Counted from the whole stretch's first letter, positions 10,701-21,280 are shown. The stretch is DNA of 61,977 nt, filler included, from Babesia bigemina (GCF_000981445.1; 7 parts of 7 records of this genome joined end to end with filler, not necessarily neighbours in it), one strand, 5' to 3'. The notes: generated by a model from the letters alone, not told the origin. Translations and numbers: made by a program.

Positions 10701-13030
10701 ATATCCTTAAGATAGTTATTATAAGTTTCGGACACGTGGTTACCTAGTGCTGTAATCGCTTGACGGAGCTCTGTTTTTGCGTCTGATCTGCCGGCACCGC
10801 CCTTGTTAAAGGAAAACGGAAGGTTCTCAAGGTTTTCTATTTTACTTTCGTTGCCACGAATTGTTGAGTTGCTGCCAATCTTCTTATCCAGTGCCTCGCC
10901 AATTGTAAGTTGAATATTGTGCTTCAGAGCGATTGCCGTTTTGGCATAGGGGTCGAAATAGGTGGATTCGTACCCGTAGTCGCCTTTATTGGCAAGTGCC
11001 GTTGTAAGTCCAGCATTCAGCTTAAGAGCAACATCAAGCGACGCGTCCACTTTACCGATGTTTCCATTTTTGTCGTTATTTCCAGTGAGCCATGCGAGAT
11101 CTACAGCTTTCTGGCTAGCCACAGCTAGGAGATTATGAAGGATGCGTTGAACGGCGGTTTCGAGAGTCGTGTCAGGATCTTCGCTCACAGATATTCCAGG
11201 TTTTGCCAAGCAGTGTCTCTCAATTTCTCTTGCTATTTCCTTGGCCAACTTAACAATGCCCGTGGACATTCTGTCAGCGCCGACAATGCCTTTACTATTA
11301 ATATTCACCTCAATTGATCCGGCAAACTGTTCGCAGCCGAACAAAACAGCGGCTATATATCCTTCGATCTTGTTTATTGAGTCACGGTTATTATCGACGG
11401 CTTCTATGCTGGTTTTGAGCTCCTCACCAATTTCCGCGATTTCTTTACTGAGTATTCTGTTGACAACTTCAGCAATATCATTATGAAATTGCGAATTTTG
11501 TTCACCTTCTTTTTGCGTATATTCCGTATTTATGAACTTACCCTGCTTAAGCTGGGCAACCTTCTTAGCATACGTCTCTAATTTCTCTCTAACAAAATCA
11601 TTATCTTTCAAAATATGGAGTATCCACTCTTTCACTTTGTTGTCGAAAGCACGCGTCCCACTAAAGGTCTTGGCCCAGGCCTTAACTGCGTGTTCTATTT
11701 TTTGTAAGCCTGTGATTGGATGCGTAATCCTATTGACCTCCCCCTGAACTTTCCTAACGTAATCGTTAACATACTTCTGCATACCAGTCTGAACTTGCTT
11801 TTTGATTTCAAACAAATCAGCTTTAATAGCCTCTTCCAAACCTGTAACCTTGTTCTGCGCCTCTTTCACCAATTCCACTACCTGCTTTTCTGTGCTCTCG
11901 AAAATCCAAAATAACGTTTCACCCGTCTTTCGTAATTCATCGGATTTCTCTTTGATCATTTCTTGATGGATGTGTCCGACACCCTTATCGATGATTTTAT
12001 CAACCCTTCCGATAGTCGCACGAATACCACTTTTAGTTACGCCCGTCCACATTACTATTTGTTGAGTATAACCTTGCAACATATGATCTATTCTACCAAG
12101 TTTTGTTAGAATTTTTTGAATCAAATCTTTCAAATCGTTGACCAGCTTAGTCACATCCTTTTCAATCTTATCATTAACGTTTTTCCTGCGATCCTCAAGC
12201 GTTGTTTCAATTGTATTTTTTATCGTCTCATAACGTATCCTGTCTTTGGCCGAGAAACCTTGCAACCTTGCGAATTCTTTTTTAATTTTTTTCAAAGGCT
12301 CGCTAATTTTACTCTGCAATCCGGGATCCAAGGCTTGAAACCCTGAGTTTGAGTCTTCAAAAATATCTTTTATACAAGTTTTTGTTTGCAATAGGCAGTG
12401 CTCGATTACTCTTTCAACGTTCTTAGTGTTGAATGCTTTTCCATATTCTTCGTCGCTCATCATGATTTGAGGATCTTTAAGATCCTTTTTTTTAAATTTC
12501 GTAATTTCTGTCTCTAAATTCGTCTTAAGTCCGTATATTGGCCCAGTTATACTTGCAAGTTTACCATTATGTTCAATCTCATACCCCTCCAACCACCCCT
12601 TCACCGCGTCGACAGACGCCGCAAGCCCAGCACGCCCGGAGCCAATATTATTATTTAAGGTTGTAATAACTGTATTAATGTTTTTTGTAGGATCTGTATC
12701 ATAAGTTGTCACTTCATTTTCATCCTTCACCGCTTCAAGCACACCACTCAAAAATCCCATCACGCCGTCACACAGCCTGTCAACGTCGGAGTAGACGATG
12801 CCTTTGCCATCGTAGCCTTTGGAGTCTTTGGAGTAACCAAGAAAAGTCTCAAGACCATCGCAAAGATTCTCTAAAAGGTTTTTAGGATTATTTGATGCAT
12901 TTTTAAGATTCTTATAATTTTCACAAAGCTCCTCCACTTTCCTCAAAGCGTCCAACTTGGACTGCAATTTGGCTAGCTCAGCAGAGTCAGAGGGGGAAGT
13001 GAAGGGTGACAAGGCACAAGTTATAGTCAT
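7733..13030 (-). CDS. ves1: VESA/ves-like variant surface antigen G3, 1765 aa
   Basis: Long ORF with GIVYSDVDRLCDGVMGFLSGVL, a Lys/Glu-rich helical region, HFDH, Cys-rich SPLMSYL..PGHLPH..TPLGF, and a C-terminal TM plus LDVLHIRSHLRIPSS tail. It starts at a second ATG (13030), not the conserved leader ATG (13046). Confidence 0.9.
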   Translation of the reverse strand: MTITCALSPFTSPSDSAELAKLQSKLDALRKVEELCENYKNLKNASNNPKNLLENLCDGLETFLGYSKDSKGYDGKGIVYSDVDRLCDGVMGFLSGVLEAVKDENEVTTYDTDPTKNINTVITTLNNNIGSGRAGLAASVDAVKGWLEGYEIEHNGKLASITGPIYGLKTNLETEITKFKKKDLKDPQIMMSDEEYGKAFNTKNVERVIEHCLLQTKTCIKDIFEDSNSGFQALDPGLQSKISEPLKKIKKEFARLQGFSAKDRIRYETIKNTIETTLEDRRKNVNDKIEKDVTKLVNDLKDLIQKILTKLGRIDHMLQGYTQQIVMWTGVTKSGIRATIGRVDKIIDKGVGHIHQEMIKEKSDELRKTGETLFWIFESTEKQVVELVKEAQNKVTGLEEAIKADLFEIKKQVQTGMQKYVNDYVRKVQGEVNRITHPITGLQKIEHAVKAWAKTFSGTRAFDNKVKEWILHILKDNDFVREKLETYAKKVAQLKQGKFINTEYTQKEGEQNSQFHNDIAEVVNRILSKEIAEIGEELKTSIEAVDNNRDSINKIEGYIAAVLFGCEQFAGSIEVNINSKGIVGADRMSTGIVKLAKEIAREIERHCLAKPGISVSEDPDTTLETAVQRILHNLLAVASQKAVDLAWLTGNNDKNGNIGKVDASLDVALKLNAGLTTALANKGDYGYESTYFDPYAKTAIALKHNIQLTIGEALDKKIGSNSTIRGNESKIENLENLPFSFNKGGAGRSDAKTELRQAITALGNHVSETYNNYLKDIYVKSKAALESGAKIEEGTLHILFQQITDNLETLIKIFADEGGHIRSDLTNLTQISIDTKLKAITTRLESLRIKELKDVMHDAGRFISEGADKFGGQTILSLTNYVNSAIKQATETIIAQAEKQYIDSRIHGMSILNNAVEKQYEKIEGLIDLDGLTGVKGFLKLFNKVFVNKVKNVNTSTAKLKEGCEKVFVSFEEFFERFENQRKDVQDFATYIPKDAMFPERSTYNTLYDAVTILLAGIIDSNHFDHKFTDNLRSLTSALSAFTPTKFGESSSPILQAFKDGISGLARELGKAYVNKYEGGSDGMILVDARTESLTDDANRCAKVFLSALPTLFGNLKHLGSKCDRDCKDDKINEYTELGDILKNCGFVVATTEKIQDGQLRNIEKCNGSWIVTKLVAENLSPTYNFRLIDVASEIYTYLETYNEVCLISTFSARRRPCSVYEMLIWLSGLQYTTAYQTMRDQTISDFFDDSDKKVTEGESATEITSVVLEAHPRGITYNEVLSAIEHITSTSYDVLTTIVGNGDADTMYACDYANNKLNFHYPPSGEDCLGMFIDILRRLFPVFRFMESQCKTSTKYYGWSDCNYGKAIQPANWQCDKHLTDKESDCLPKSPLMSYLSDTLPGHLPHHVTAIGCKTVCSNCPQKQPGQPCLTPLGFRGFSGSTKTGKELGNVLTKFLGEPYTSCLFSLLPTPPSTLPEHFQFALRLVKAWNSNGNHSVIAWLNDCITKQSIELYTTHQTLRNALCDAYGSAQSAHDSKHSEAGKVELLSLSKMNPCTGANNCAPYLSSTSCDAYYYLSKRHANLYLSWAIYLPWTLYNYLKSLFEVFQQIDCGSSGCTKCLCKPGKHGVEFNCKCKSLVGCRGVLPTFYQYGFTFGNSKVLHVTERKYCRSFYTQLQNLLKSKCFETLFTECDEFIFTIRAPFIWLNVALWSLSLFYLICVMVGRLDVLHIRSHLRIPSSHNITAQSLLAAAQVGRLAKISYLQP

Positions 13031-13072
13031 GGTTTATAGAGGTCATAGCGGTATTATGGCGAGGTAATTCGG

Positions 13073-13590
13073 GCGATGTAGAGTGGGTAAAGGGGCGATG
13101 TAGAGTGGATAAAGGGGCGATGTAGAGTGGATTAAGGAGCGATGTAGAGTGGATAAAAGGGCGATGTGGAGTGGATAAAGGGGCGATGTGGAGTGGATAA
13201 AGGGGCGATGTAGAGTGGATAAAGGGACGATGTGGAGTGGATGAAGGGGCGATGTAGAGTGGATAAGGGGGCGATGTAGAGTGGATAAAGGGGCGATGTG
13301 GAGTGGAGAAAGGGGCGATGTAGAGTGGATAAAGGGGCGATGTGGAGTGGATAAAGGAGCGATGTAGAGTGGACTAAGGGGCGATGTAGAGTGGGTTAAG
13401 GGGCGATGTAGAGTGGATTAGGGGCGATGTAGCGTGGATTATGGAGCGATGTAGAGTGGGTAAGGAGCGATGTAGAGTGGATTAGGGGCGATGTAGAGTG
13501 GATAAGGAGCGATGTAGAGTGGATTAGGGGCGATGTAGAGTGGATAAAGGGGCGATGTAGAGTGGATAGAGGAGCGATGTGGAGTGGATG
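13073..13590. repeat. 22-bp satellite
   Basis: Same unit, upstream of G3. Confidence 0.96.
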
Positions 13591-13620
13591 ATAATCACTA
13601 CTCTGGTCAGGTGCTTGGTC

Positions 13621-13890
13621 ACCATGTCATCGCTGCCGTGTTGATGTCATCGCTGCCGTGTTGATGTCATCGCTGCCTAACCATCAACTGTCATCGCTGC
13701 CGTGACCAGTCATCGCTGCCGTGACCATGTCATCGCTGCCGTGACCATGTCATCGCTGCCGTGACCATGTCATCGCTGCCGTGACCATGTCATCGCTGCC
13801 GTGACCATGTCATCGCTGCCGTGACCATGTCATCGCTGCCGTGACCATGTCATCGCTGCCGTAACCATGTCATCGCTGCCGTGTCCATCA
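13621..13890. repeat. 20-bp tandem repeat GTGACCATGTCATCGCTGCC
   Basis: Perfect period-20 copies at 13721-13860. Confidence 0.97.
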
Positions 13891-14075
13891 ATTTGGTTAG
13901 GTGGTAGGTCACCACGTTGGTCACCACTTTGGTCAGCACATTGGTCACCACATTGGTCAACACGTTGGTCACCACTTTGGTCAGCACATTGGTCACCACT
14001 TTGGTCAGCACATTGGTCATCACGTTGGTCACCACTTTGGTCAGCACGTTGGGCAGCATCTTGGTCAACACTTTA
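13891..14075. repeat. 12-bp tandem repeat
   Basis: TTGGTCA every 12 nt, downstream of the G4 trailer. Confidence 0.94.
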
Positions 14076-14198
14076 GTTAACTATTACACAATCGCATACA
14101 ACGATGAGTGAGTGATGCAACAGATTAAAGCACAATTTATAAGTTAGGTGAGTAGGTGATATGCTAGGTGAGTGCAGATAGTAAACACGTGAGTACGA

Positions 14199-17100
14199 TT
14201 ACGGTTGCAGATAAAACACCCTGCCCAGTTTGCCAACACGTGCAGCAGCCAACAATGATTGAGCGGCAATGCGATGTGATGAGGGACTATGTAGATGCGA
14301 TTTGATGTGGAGGAGGTCTAGGCGGATGACCATGATGTGGAGGAGGTACAACAAAGAGAGGAGCCAGAGGGCCAAGACAAGGTAGGAGAATGGTTCACGG
14401 ATTCTCCACAAGATCATATCGCACTGATCGAATAGTTTGGTGAAATACGTCGATTTGACTACACTCTCCAGTTGAGTGTAGAAATGACTGCAACGCTTTC
14501 TGTTCTTACCATCCAGCAACATTTTAGGGTCCTTAAATGTGAACCCGTATCTGTAGAACGTTGGCAGCACAGCACGGCAACATACAAGAGCTCTGCAACT
14601 GCAGTTGTGTTTGGCGCCGTGAGATGATGGTGTACATGAACATCCGGGGCACCCGAAACTTTTGCAGTTGATGCTTCCAAATGCGTCAAGTAGAGAACAG
14701 AGACATTTCCATAGATTCCATGGCAAATATATAGACCACGAAAAATACAGGTTAGCGTGTTGCTTGGCCATGTATTTATAGCAGTTGGCAGATAAGCAGT
14801 CGATGTATGGAGCGCAGTGAACATCTTGATCGGGGCACGTGTTAGTCATCGAAATGCTGGACAAGTCAGCATATGGAGGGAGATGGCTCTTTGCTTCATG
14901 ACCGGTCTGGCTGCAGCCATATGCGTTACCGAGCGCGTTTGTCAAATCAGTAGGATTATTATAGAGATCGATAGTCTGTTCGGAGATACACTTTTTAAAC
15001 GCATCAGCAACAGATTTATGTGTAGCTTGCCGTTGAGTCAATGGTACAACACTGCTAAGTACAAGCGACGTGACAAAACCGTAGTGTTCGGGCAATGTGG
15101 ATGGCGGTTTGGGGACCAGCGTGAGCAGCCACGCAACATGGTCGTTACTTAGGAATTTGGTCAGCACGTTGCTTAGGTCTTTACCTGTGCGCGTACCTCT
15201 CGAGAAACGGCTGAATCCGAGGGGAGTCAAACATGGCATCCCAGGTGACGATTTGGTGCAGGTGGAACATGACGACTTGCAACCGATGGAACTCAGACTG
15301 TGAGGCAACATGCCTCCTAGACTGTCAGTCAGGTACAGCTGCAGGGGCGACGTGCCTGAACAATCGTGACTGGACGACGGATAGATGGAAGAGTGCTCAC
15401 CGCACTGCCAACAGGAAGGCTGAACCCCGCTGCCATACGTACACTGCTGCCAACCGTAATATTTTGTTTCCAGCGCGCATTGCTTTTTCAAAAATGTGAG
15501 CGGCTGCAGCATACTTCGAAGCACATCGATGATCATCTGAAGGCAGTCCTCACTGCGAGGCGGATAATACAAGTTGAGTGAGTTGTTGGAATGCTCAACG
15601 GCGTACGTGCAGTCAGCATCTCCGTGGCCGAGTACGGTGATCAATACATCTTCCGCGTAGTAGCATACTTCTGTGATGGCGTCTGTTAAATTCGCGGCGG
15701 TGATGGTTTGGGGATACGCCAGTAAGGATTTGGCAGTTTGGATTTCGAGACCGATACCGTCTACCGCAAAAGCGTCGTCCGATTTTTCCGGCTTGTCGAG
15801 CAAATCACTAAAGCTGTTAAGTAACAAGTCTTGGTAGTACGATCTGTAAGTGAGGCCAGTCAGCCAGCAGAGCATGTCGTACACGCTGCACGGTGACCTA
15901 GGCTTAGGACGGGGAGTGAGGTGGCAGACACGAAGATAGTCGTGTAGGTAACCGAAAATGTCTTTCAGGTTTCCTACGTAGTATCTGTTGAAAACGTGGT
16001 TATCCTTAGTGATCAGAGGCAAGATGTTACGACCCTGCAATTTCGACTCATTCCTCAACTCACCGTCCCGGTTTGCGTCAGACGTGGAAACATGGAAGCC
16101 GCACTCTCCGAACCATTTTCCGAGATCCGTAGTTGAATGAATTTTGTCAGATATCCACGCGTGCTGACACTCATTCATCAGCTTGCTGAGATATTCAAAC
16201 AGAGTGGACAAGCAGGTGAGGAAAAGCTTAGCGCACCGTTCGGCGTCGTCGGTCAACTGCGGTTTGCCGTTAATTGTCTTAGACCAGTCGACGGTCAGGC
16301 CGGAGTAGCTGTTAACGTAGGCGTGGTTGAGCTGACCTGCCAATGCCTCCATACCGTCCTTGAGAGTCTGAAGCAGCGGTGTGGAAGGTTCACCGAATTT
16401 ATGAGGGACCATCCGGGCGAGCGTCGTGATGAGCGAATTTAGGTTGGTGGTGAAATTGTGGTCGAAGTGCTGTGAGGTGGCGAGGCCGGTGAGTAACTTA
16501 GTGAGAGAGGACTTGAAAGTCTCCAAAGTTTGGTGGTCGAACCTGAAATCGGTTTGCTTCTGGAGGTTTGTGAACGTGGTAGTGAAACACTGCTTAAGCT
16601 TGTCTGCCAAGTCGGCCAGCTTCATCTGTTCTGGAGTTGGGGAGGTGAAGAAAGAATTAAGTGGAGCGGCAAAATCATTTTTCGTTTTGACTAAGAGGCC
16701 TTTAACACCAGTGACTTGGTCGGTATCAATGATATGAGTGATCTCTCTTAGTTGTCTGGTGAGTAAGGTTTGCAGGGCGGAGAGATCGGCCAATTTTTGC
16801 TCGGAGAAAAAGGAACGTACCTGGGTAGTGAGTTCGTCAAACGCCCTATTGTTGTTGTATATCAGGGTTTCCTGGAGTACCTTCACTGCGTTTTGACCAC
16901 TGTTAAAGGCTCTTCGTACTGCGTCTGCGAGTGCGACCTTGATGGCTTCAATGGCTTGAGTGGCAATGCGTTTTGCCGAACCAACGGCATCATAGACGGC
17001 TTTTATCTCATGTTTCAAACCATCGTTTGCTTGAGAGACTGCGAGGTCAGTGGCGTCCAAGTGATTAATGAGTTCTTTCCGCAGCTTATCCAAACAGTTG

Positions 17101-19412
17101 TTTACTTCAACTCTTATGTCGTCAACGTTGGAGGGCACAGTTTCCAGTTTCTCAACCGTTTTCAGCGTTTCATTTATGGCAGTCTGAATTTTACTGGTTG
17201 GGCTCTCAGTGAGCTCTCCGGCAGTAAGCGCAACAAGTTCATCATGAAGTGCCTTAAGGCTGCCTGTAGGTGTGACGCCATTATTTATATTTTCACCAAT
17301 CTTACTATTTAAGTCTTCCAATTTGTCCATCAGATCGTCCGTATTGAATTTATTTTTTAATGAGAATCCGAGTGTATTGAGTTGCTCAGTGATTGCCACA
17401 ACGGATCTAAAGATGGTTTTCGTTTGGTCAGGTATTTCCTTTCCGTGGAGCTCACTCAGCTGATCGTGAATTTTGGTGAGATCCTTTGAAACATCATATG
17501 TTTCTTTAATGTCCTGTTTGAGCATATTTTTCATCTTCATCACATAATAGTATAGAGTTAGGTGCTGAGGAATAATACCTTTGTTTTCGTCAGCCTTGTT
17601 TTCAACCATTTTGTATATTTCACGAAGGCGTGTCTTTATGGATTCAACAGCCTTATCAATTTGCTGTCTTAATTGTCGCACCGTTTCATTAACAACTTCG
17701 TGAACGTTTTCTGTAATACTCGCTAAAGGCGTCAGTTTATGGTCTCGAGAAAGCTTATCGTGAAACGCCTGGATACCCTTTTGGGCCGCAGCCTGAAGAG
17801 CACCTAATAAATCACTTTTTATGCCGGCATCTGCAAATAATAATTTCAAGTCGCTATGAGTAATGTCTTGATATTCACCCATGAATGATTTTGCTTTTTT
17901 AATCCTCTCACTACCCATTTTCTTCATAACGCTACCTTTGTCGCTGCTTAACTTGCTAATCAGACTAGAAATATCGCCGTCTACGTTAGCGGTGACTTCA
18001 GTATTAATATTATTGAGTCGTTGATTTGCTGCTTTTGCTTTTGCGACTTCTTTCACTAAATGGTCTTGCGTCTTGGTATAAGCCGTATCAAGCTGTCGAG
18101 TCGTCGTACCGATTTGTTCGAGGGCATTTTTTAACTCTTTATTTTCTGTATGGTCAAGCGCTTTAACTACAGCTTCGCACTTCTCAATAGCTACACTAGC
18201 GGCACCCTGCGCCTTCACGTTCCATTCCCCCAGATTCGCAATTTCAGCGCCAAGTTTATTATTAACATCATTAAGGGCCTGATTGGCATTGACTATTTTG
18301 TCCACTTCTTGACCAAGTGTCGACTTTTTACGCGTTAGCTTATCAATCGTTCTGTGATCCAGAGCTTTGTGCACATCCATAACCTTTTGTGCAGCTATTC
18401 TACGTAGTTGTTCAGCTTGGCCAATGCTTTGTCTTAAACTTTCAACATATCGCTGTAGCTTCCTACCCACTGCTAGTAGCTCTGAAGTGATTTCGTTAAC
18501 TTGATGACGAAGATGAGACATTAATTTTCCTGGACCCTGATCTCTGTCCACCTTTTCCAACAAATGTTTGATTTTCTCAAACATCAGTGCAATAGTGTTT
18601 CTTGCGGCGCCTGCTGCTCCTAATTCGTTATTAACCTCAGTCTTCGCGAATTCAATGCTTCCTCGAATGGTTCTCATTCCAGTTTTCCTTTTTTCTGTAA
18701 TTTTGCTAATTACTTTGAATAGATTATTGTAATCCTCCCCCAACGTCTTCTGAAGCTCTAATAGATCTTTGTTTACGTCATTAATAACATTATCGCTCTC
18801 CTTATCCAGAACCTTTCGAACCGTAGCACTCTCTTTATTAATAACCTCATCCAACTTTTTTTTCTCAGCTTCTAATGTATCATCCACTACCTTCACCTGC
18901 CTCCTGAAATCCTCCTTAACAGCGCTCTCCTTCAACAGCCACAATGCGTTTCTAACATCTTTCATTTCACGTTTAATTTTCTCGCGTAACGACTTATCAA
19001 GCGCATTAACATTTTCATTTTCGATTTTATTCAATTCAGTCTCAATCTCTCCGACCACCGTGGTCCAGTCCTCCAATTGCTTCTGAAGTTTTTCGTGACC
19101 TTTACCTGCAACACGTTTCATGAATTCATCGCCAATTTTCTTGTTATTTAACGCACTTAATGCGCTTGTTGCTGCTCCCGTTTTATCGCCGAAACGCATC
19201 TCATACCTGTGAAGCCACTGGGACACCTGCGTAATCTGAGAGGAAAATACACTGGAACCCTTACCTATCGAATTTTGTAAATTGCTTAATATATCATTTA
19301 ATTCTTTATTATCATCATAAGTTGTCACTTCATTTTCATCTTTCACCGCACCAAGCACACCACTCAAAAATCCCATCACCCCGTCACACAGCCTGTCCAG
19401 GTCAGAGTACAC
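14199..19412 (-). CDS. ves1: VESA/ves-like variant surface antigen G4, ~1737 aa (leader ATG at 19655 interrupted by TAA at 19530-19532; first downstream ATG at 19376)
   Basis: YSDLDRLCDGVMGFLSGVLGAVKDENEV; HFDH; Cys-rich domain; TM plus HIKSHLHSPSSHRIAAQSLLAAARVGKLGRVFYLQP. Confidence 0.9.
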   Translation of the reverse strand: MYSDLDRLCDGVMGFLSGVLGAVKDENEVTTYDDNKELNDILSNLQNSIGKGSSVFSSQITQVSQWLHRYEMRFGDKTGAATSALSALNNKKIGDEFMKRVAGKGHEKLQKQLEDWTTVVGEIETELNKIENENVNALDKSLREKIKREMKDVRNALWLLKESAVKEDFRRQVKVVDDTLEAEKKKLDEVINKESATVRKVLDKESDNVINDVNKDLLELQKTLGEDYNNLFKVISKITEKRKTGMRTIRGSIEFAKTEVNNELGAAGAARNTIALMFEKIKHLLEKVDRDQGPGKLMSHLRHQVNEITSELLAVGRKLQRYVESLRQSIGQAEQLRRIAAQKVMDVHKALDHRTIDKLTRKKSTLGQEVDKIVNANQALNDVNNKLGAEIANLGEWNVKAQGAASVAIEKCEAVVKALDHTENKELKNALEQIGTTTRQLDTAYTKTQDHLVKEVAKAKAANQRLNNINTEVTANVDGDISSLISKLSSDKGSVMKKMGSERIKKAKSFMGEYQDITHSDLKLLFADAGIKSDLLGALQAAAQKGIQAFHDKLSRDHKLTPLASITENVHEVVNETVRQLRQQIDKAVESIKTRLREIYKMVENKADENKGIIPQHLTLYYYVMKMKNMLKQDIKETYDVSKDLTKIHDQLSELHGKEIPDQTKTIFRSVVAITEQLNTLGFSLKNKFNTDDLMDKLEDLNSKIGENINNGVTPTGSLKALHDELVALTAGELTESPTSKIQTAINETLKTVEKLETVPSNVDDIRVEVNNCLDKLRKELINHLDATDLAVSQANDGLKHEIKAVYDAVGSAKRIATQAIEAIKVALADAVRRAFNSGQNAVKVLQETLIYNNNRAFDELTTQVRSFFSEQKLADLSALQTLLTRQLREITHIIDTDQVTGVKGLLVKTKNDFAAPLNSFFTSPTPEQMKLADLADKLKQCFTTTFTNLQKQTDFRFDHQTLETFKSSLTKLLTGLATSQHFDHNFTTNLNSLITTLARMVPHKFGEPSTPLLQTLKDGMEALAGQLNHAYVNSYSGLTVDWSKTINGKPQLTDDAERCAKLFLTCLSTLFEYLSKLMNECQHAWISDKIHSTTDLGKWFGECGFHVSTSDANRDGELRNESKLQGRNILPLITKDNHVFNRYYVGNLKDIFGYLHDYLRVCHLTPRPKPRSPCSVYDMLCWLTGLTYRSYYQDLLLNSFSDLLDKPEKSDDAFAVDGIGLEIQTAKSLLAYPQTITAANLTDAITEVCYYAEDVLITVLGHGDADCTYAVEHSNNSLNLYYPPRSEDCLQMIIDVLRSMLQPLTFLKKQCALETKYYGWQQCTYGSGVQPSCWQCGEHSSIYPSSSHDCSGTSPLQLYLTDSLGGMLPHSLSSIGCKSSCSTCTKSSPGMPCLTPLGFSRFSRGTRTGKDLSNVLTKFLSNDHVAWLLTLVPKPPSTLPEHYGFVTSLVLSSVVPLTQRQATHKSVADAFKKCISEQTIDLYNNPTDLTNALGNAYGCSQTGHEAKSHLPPYADLSSISMTNTCPDQDVHCAPYIDCLSANCYKYMAKQHANLYFSWSIYLPWNLWKCLCSLLDAFGSINCKSFGCPGCSCTPSSHGAKHNCSCRALVCCRAVLPTFYRYGFTFKDPKMLLDGKNRKRCSHFYTQLESVVKSTYFTKLFDQCDMILWRIREPFSYLVLALWLLSLLYLLHIMVIRLDLLHIKSHLHSPSSHRIAAQSLLAAARVGKLGRVFYLQP

Positions 19413-19680
19413 TATCCCACTGCCGTCGTAGCCTTTGGTGTCAGAGTTGAAGCCGAGGAATTTTTCGAGGCCAAAGCAAAGGTTATTAAGGATGTTAGTA
19501 GGGTTGTTATTTGAGGTATTTTTAGGATTTTAAATTTTGTCAAATTTCTTGTGAAGCTCCCTAGGCGGCACATGGTCAGGGCAGTGGCAAGAGGTGGAAG
19601 AAAGGAAGGGAAGGGTGACACGGCACATGTTATTGCTATGGTTTATAGAGGTCATAGCGGTATTATGGCGAGGTGATTCG

Positions 19681-20270
19681 AGCGATGTAGAGTGGGTAAA
19701 GGAGCGATGTAGAGTGGGTTAAGGGGCGATGTAAGGTAGGTTAGGGAGCGATGTAGAGTGGGTTAAGGGAGCGATGGAGAGTGGGTAAAGGGGCGATGTA
19801 GAGTGGATAAAGGGGCGATGTAGAGTGGATAAGGAGCGATGTAGAGTGGGTAAAGGAGCGATGTAGAGTGGATTAGGGAGCGATGTGGAGTGGGTAAAGG
19901 GGCGATGTAGAGTGGGTTAGAGAGCGATGTAGAGTGGGTTAGGGAGCGATGTAGAGTGGATAGAGGAGCGATGTAGAGTGGGTTAAGGAGCGATGTAGAG
20001 TGGTTTAAGGGGCGATGTAGAGTGGTTTAAGGGGCGATGTAGAGTGGGTTAGAAAGCGATGTAGAGTGGGTTAGGGAGCGATGTAGCGTGGGTTAAGGGG
20101 CGATGTAGAGTGGATTAGGGAGCGATGTGGAGTGGGTAAAGGGGCGATGTAGAGTGGGTTAGGGAGCGATGTAGGGTGGATAGAGGAGCGATGTAGAGTG
20201 GGTTAGAAAGCGATGTAGAGTGGGTTAGGGAGCGATGTAGAGTGGATAAAGGGGCGATGTGGAGTGGATG
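19681..20270. repeat. 22-bp satellite
   Basis: Same unit, upstream of G4; followed by short 20-bp and 12-bp remnants at 20281-20412. Confidence 0.96.
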
Positions 20271-20512
20271 ATAATCACCACTTAGGTCACCATGTCATCG
20301 CTGCCGTGTCCATGTCATCGCTGCCGTGACCATGCCATCGCTGCCGTAACATCAACTTGGTCACCACTTTGGTCAGGTGATTGGTCACCTCCTTGCTCAT
20401 GCGATTGGTCATCAATGCAATCATTACTCTGTCTAGAACATTAGATGTCAGTTGCCAGTTAGGTGATCAGTGGAATATGGATTACGATGTTAGCGCCAAC
20501 ATATTGCTGAGT

Positions 20513-21067
20513 TCAGCTGTAGAACGCGATGCAGAAGGGTATCTTGCGGACGAGGAAATCGCGGATGTTGCGGCCCACCGGAAAGCGGAAGATGCACAGG
20601 TCGAGCAAAATGATGGCGACAATGATGGCAACGATGACGGCGGCGATGGTGTTGGGGTCAGGGGAAAAAGGTGTGGAGGCTTCTGCATTAGGGTCGCCGG
20701 TTGAAGGCTGTACCTCAGAAGGATCGGACAAACGCGGTTCACTGACGGACTCAGAGTGAAAATCGGGGGAAGAAACGGGAGGGTGTGGAGCGGGGGGAGA
20801 AGGGGCTTTGCAGACGGGATCATCCTCTTGACATTTCTTTCTGCAACATTTACATTGACATTCGTAAATATTAGTGCAATTTGTTTTTCCGGCGTTGCAT
20901 CCGTTACGATTGCATTGGTTCTTAAGCCGGTTCAGACGGGAATTTGCGTCACATACATAGCAACTGCTAAAAATGCCTTTATTACATTCAACGCAACACC
21001 ATGGACAGCAGACACAATGCGCATATATACATTTCGTAAGACAATTACAAGGGTCACCATAACCCAT
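20513..21067 (-). CDS. Small Cys-rich protein with Pro/Ser linker and C-terminal transmembrane helix, 184 aa
   Basis: ATG-initiated ORF; about 20 Cys in the first ~86 aa; hydrophobic TIAAVIVAIIVAIILLDLCIF followed by a basic tail RFPVGRNIRDFLVRKIPF. Confidence 0.8.
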   Translation of the reverse strand: MGYGDPCNCLTKCIYAHCVCCPWCCVECNKGIFSSCYVCDANSRLNRLKNQCNRNGCNAGKTNCTNIYECQCKCCRKKCQEDDPVCKAPSPPAPHPPVSSPDFHSESVSEPRLSDPSEVQPSTGDPNAEASTPFSPDPNTIAAVIVAIIVAIILLDLCIFRFPVGRNIRDFLVRKIPFCIAFYS

Positions 21068-21080
21068 CTTCGCTTCTCCC

Positions 21081-21280
21081 TCCCAGTCCCCTCAAACTGC
21101 AAACATATCAAACACTCAAGCAGCACTCACCAACTGCAACACTACCACTGCCGCTCCCAGTCCCCTCAACCTGCAAACATATCAATCACTCAAGCAGCAC
21201 TCACCTACTGCAGCACGTACCACTGCCGCTCCCAGTCCCCTCAGCCTGCAAACATATCAATCACCTAGCAAGCACTCACC
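21081..21280. repeat. 74-75-bp tandem repeat upstream of the small Cys-rich gene
   Basis: TCCCAGTCCCCTC at 21081, 21155 and 21230; truncated by a gap. Confidence 0.92.

Noticed and set aside
14199..19412. Resemblance of the helical regions to bacterial Ebh, SMC or myosin-like proteins
   Set aside because: Generic Lys/Glu/Leu-rich helical composition; the diagnostic motifs and TM tail point to the Babesia ves-like family.
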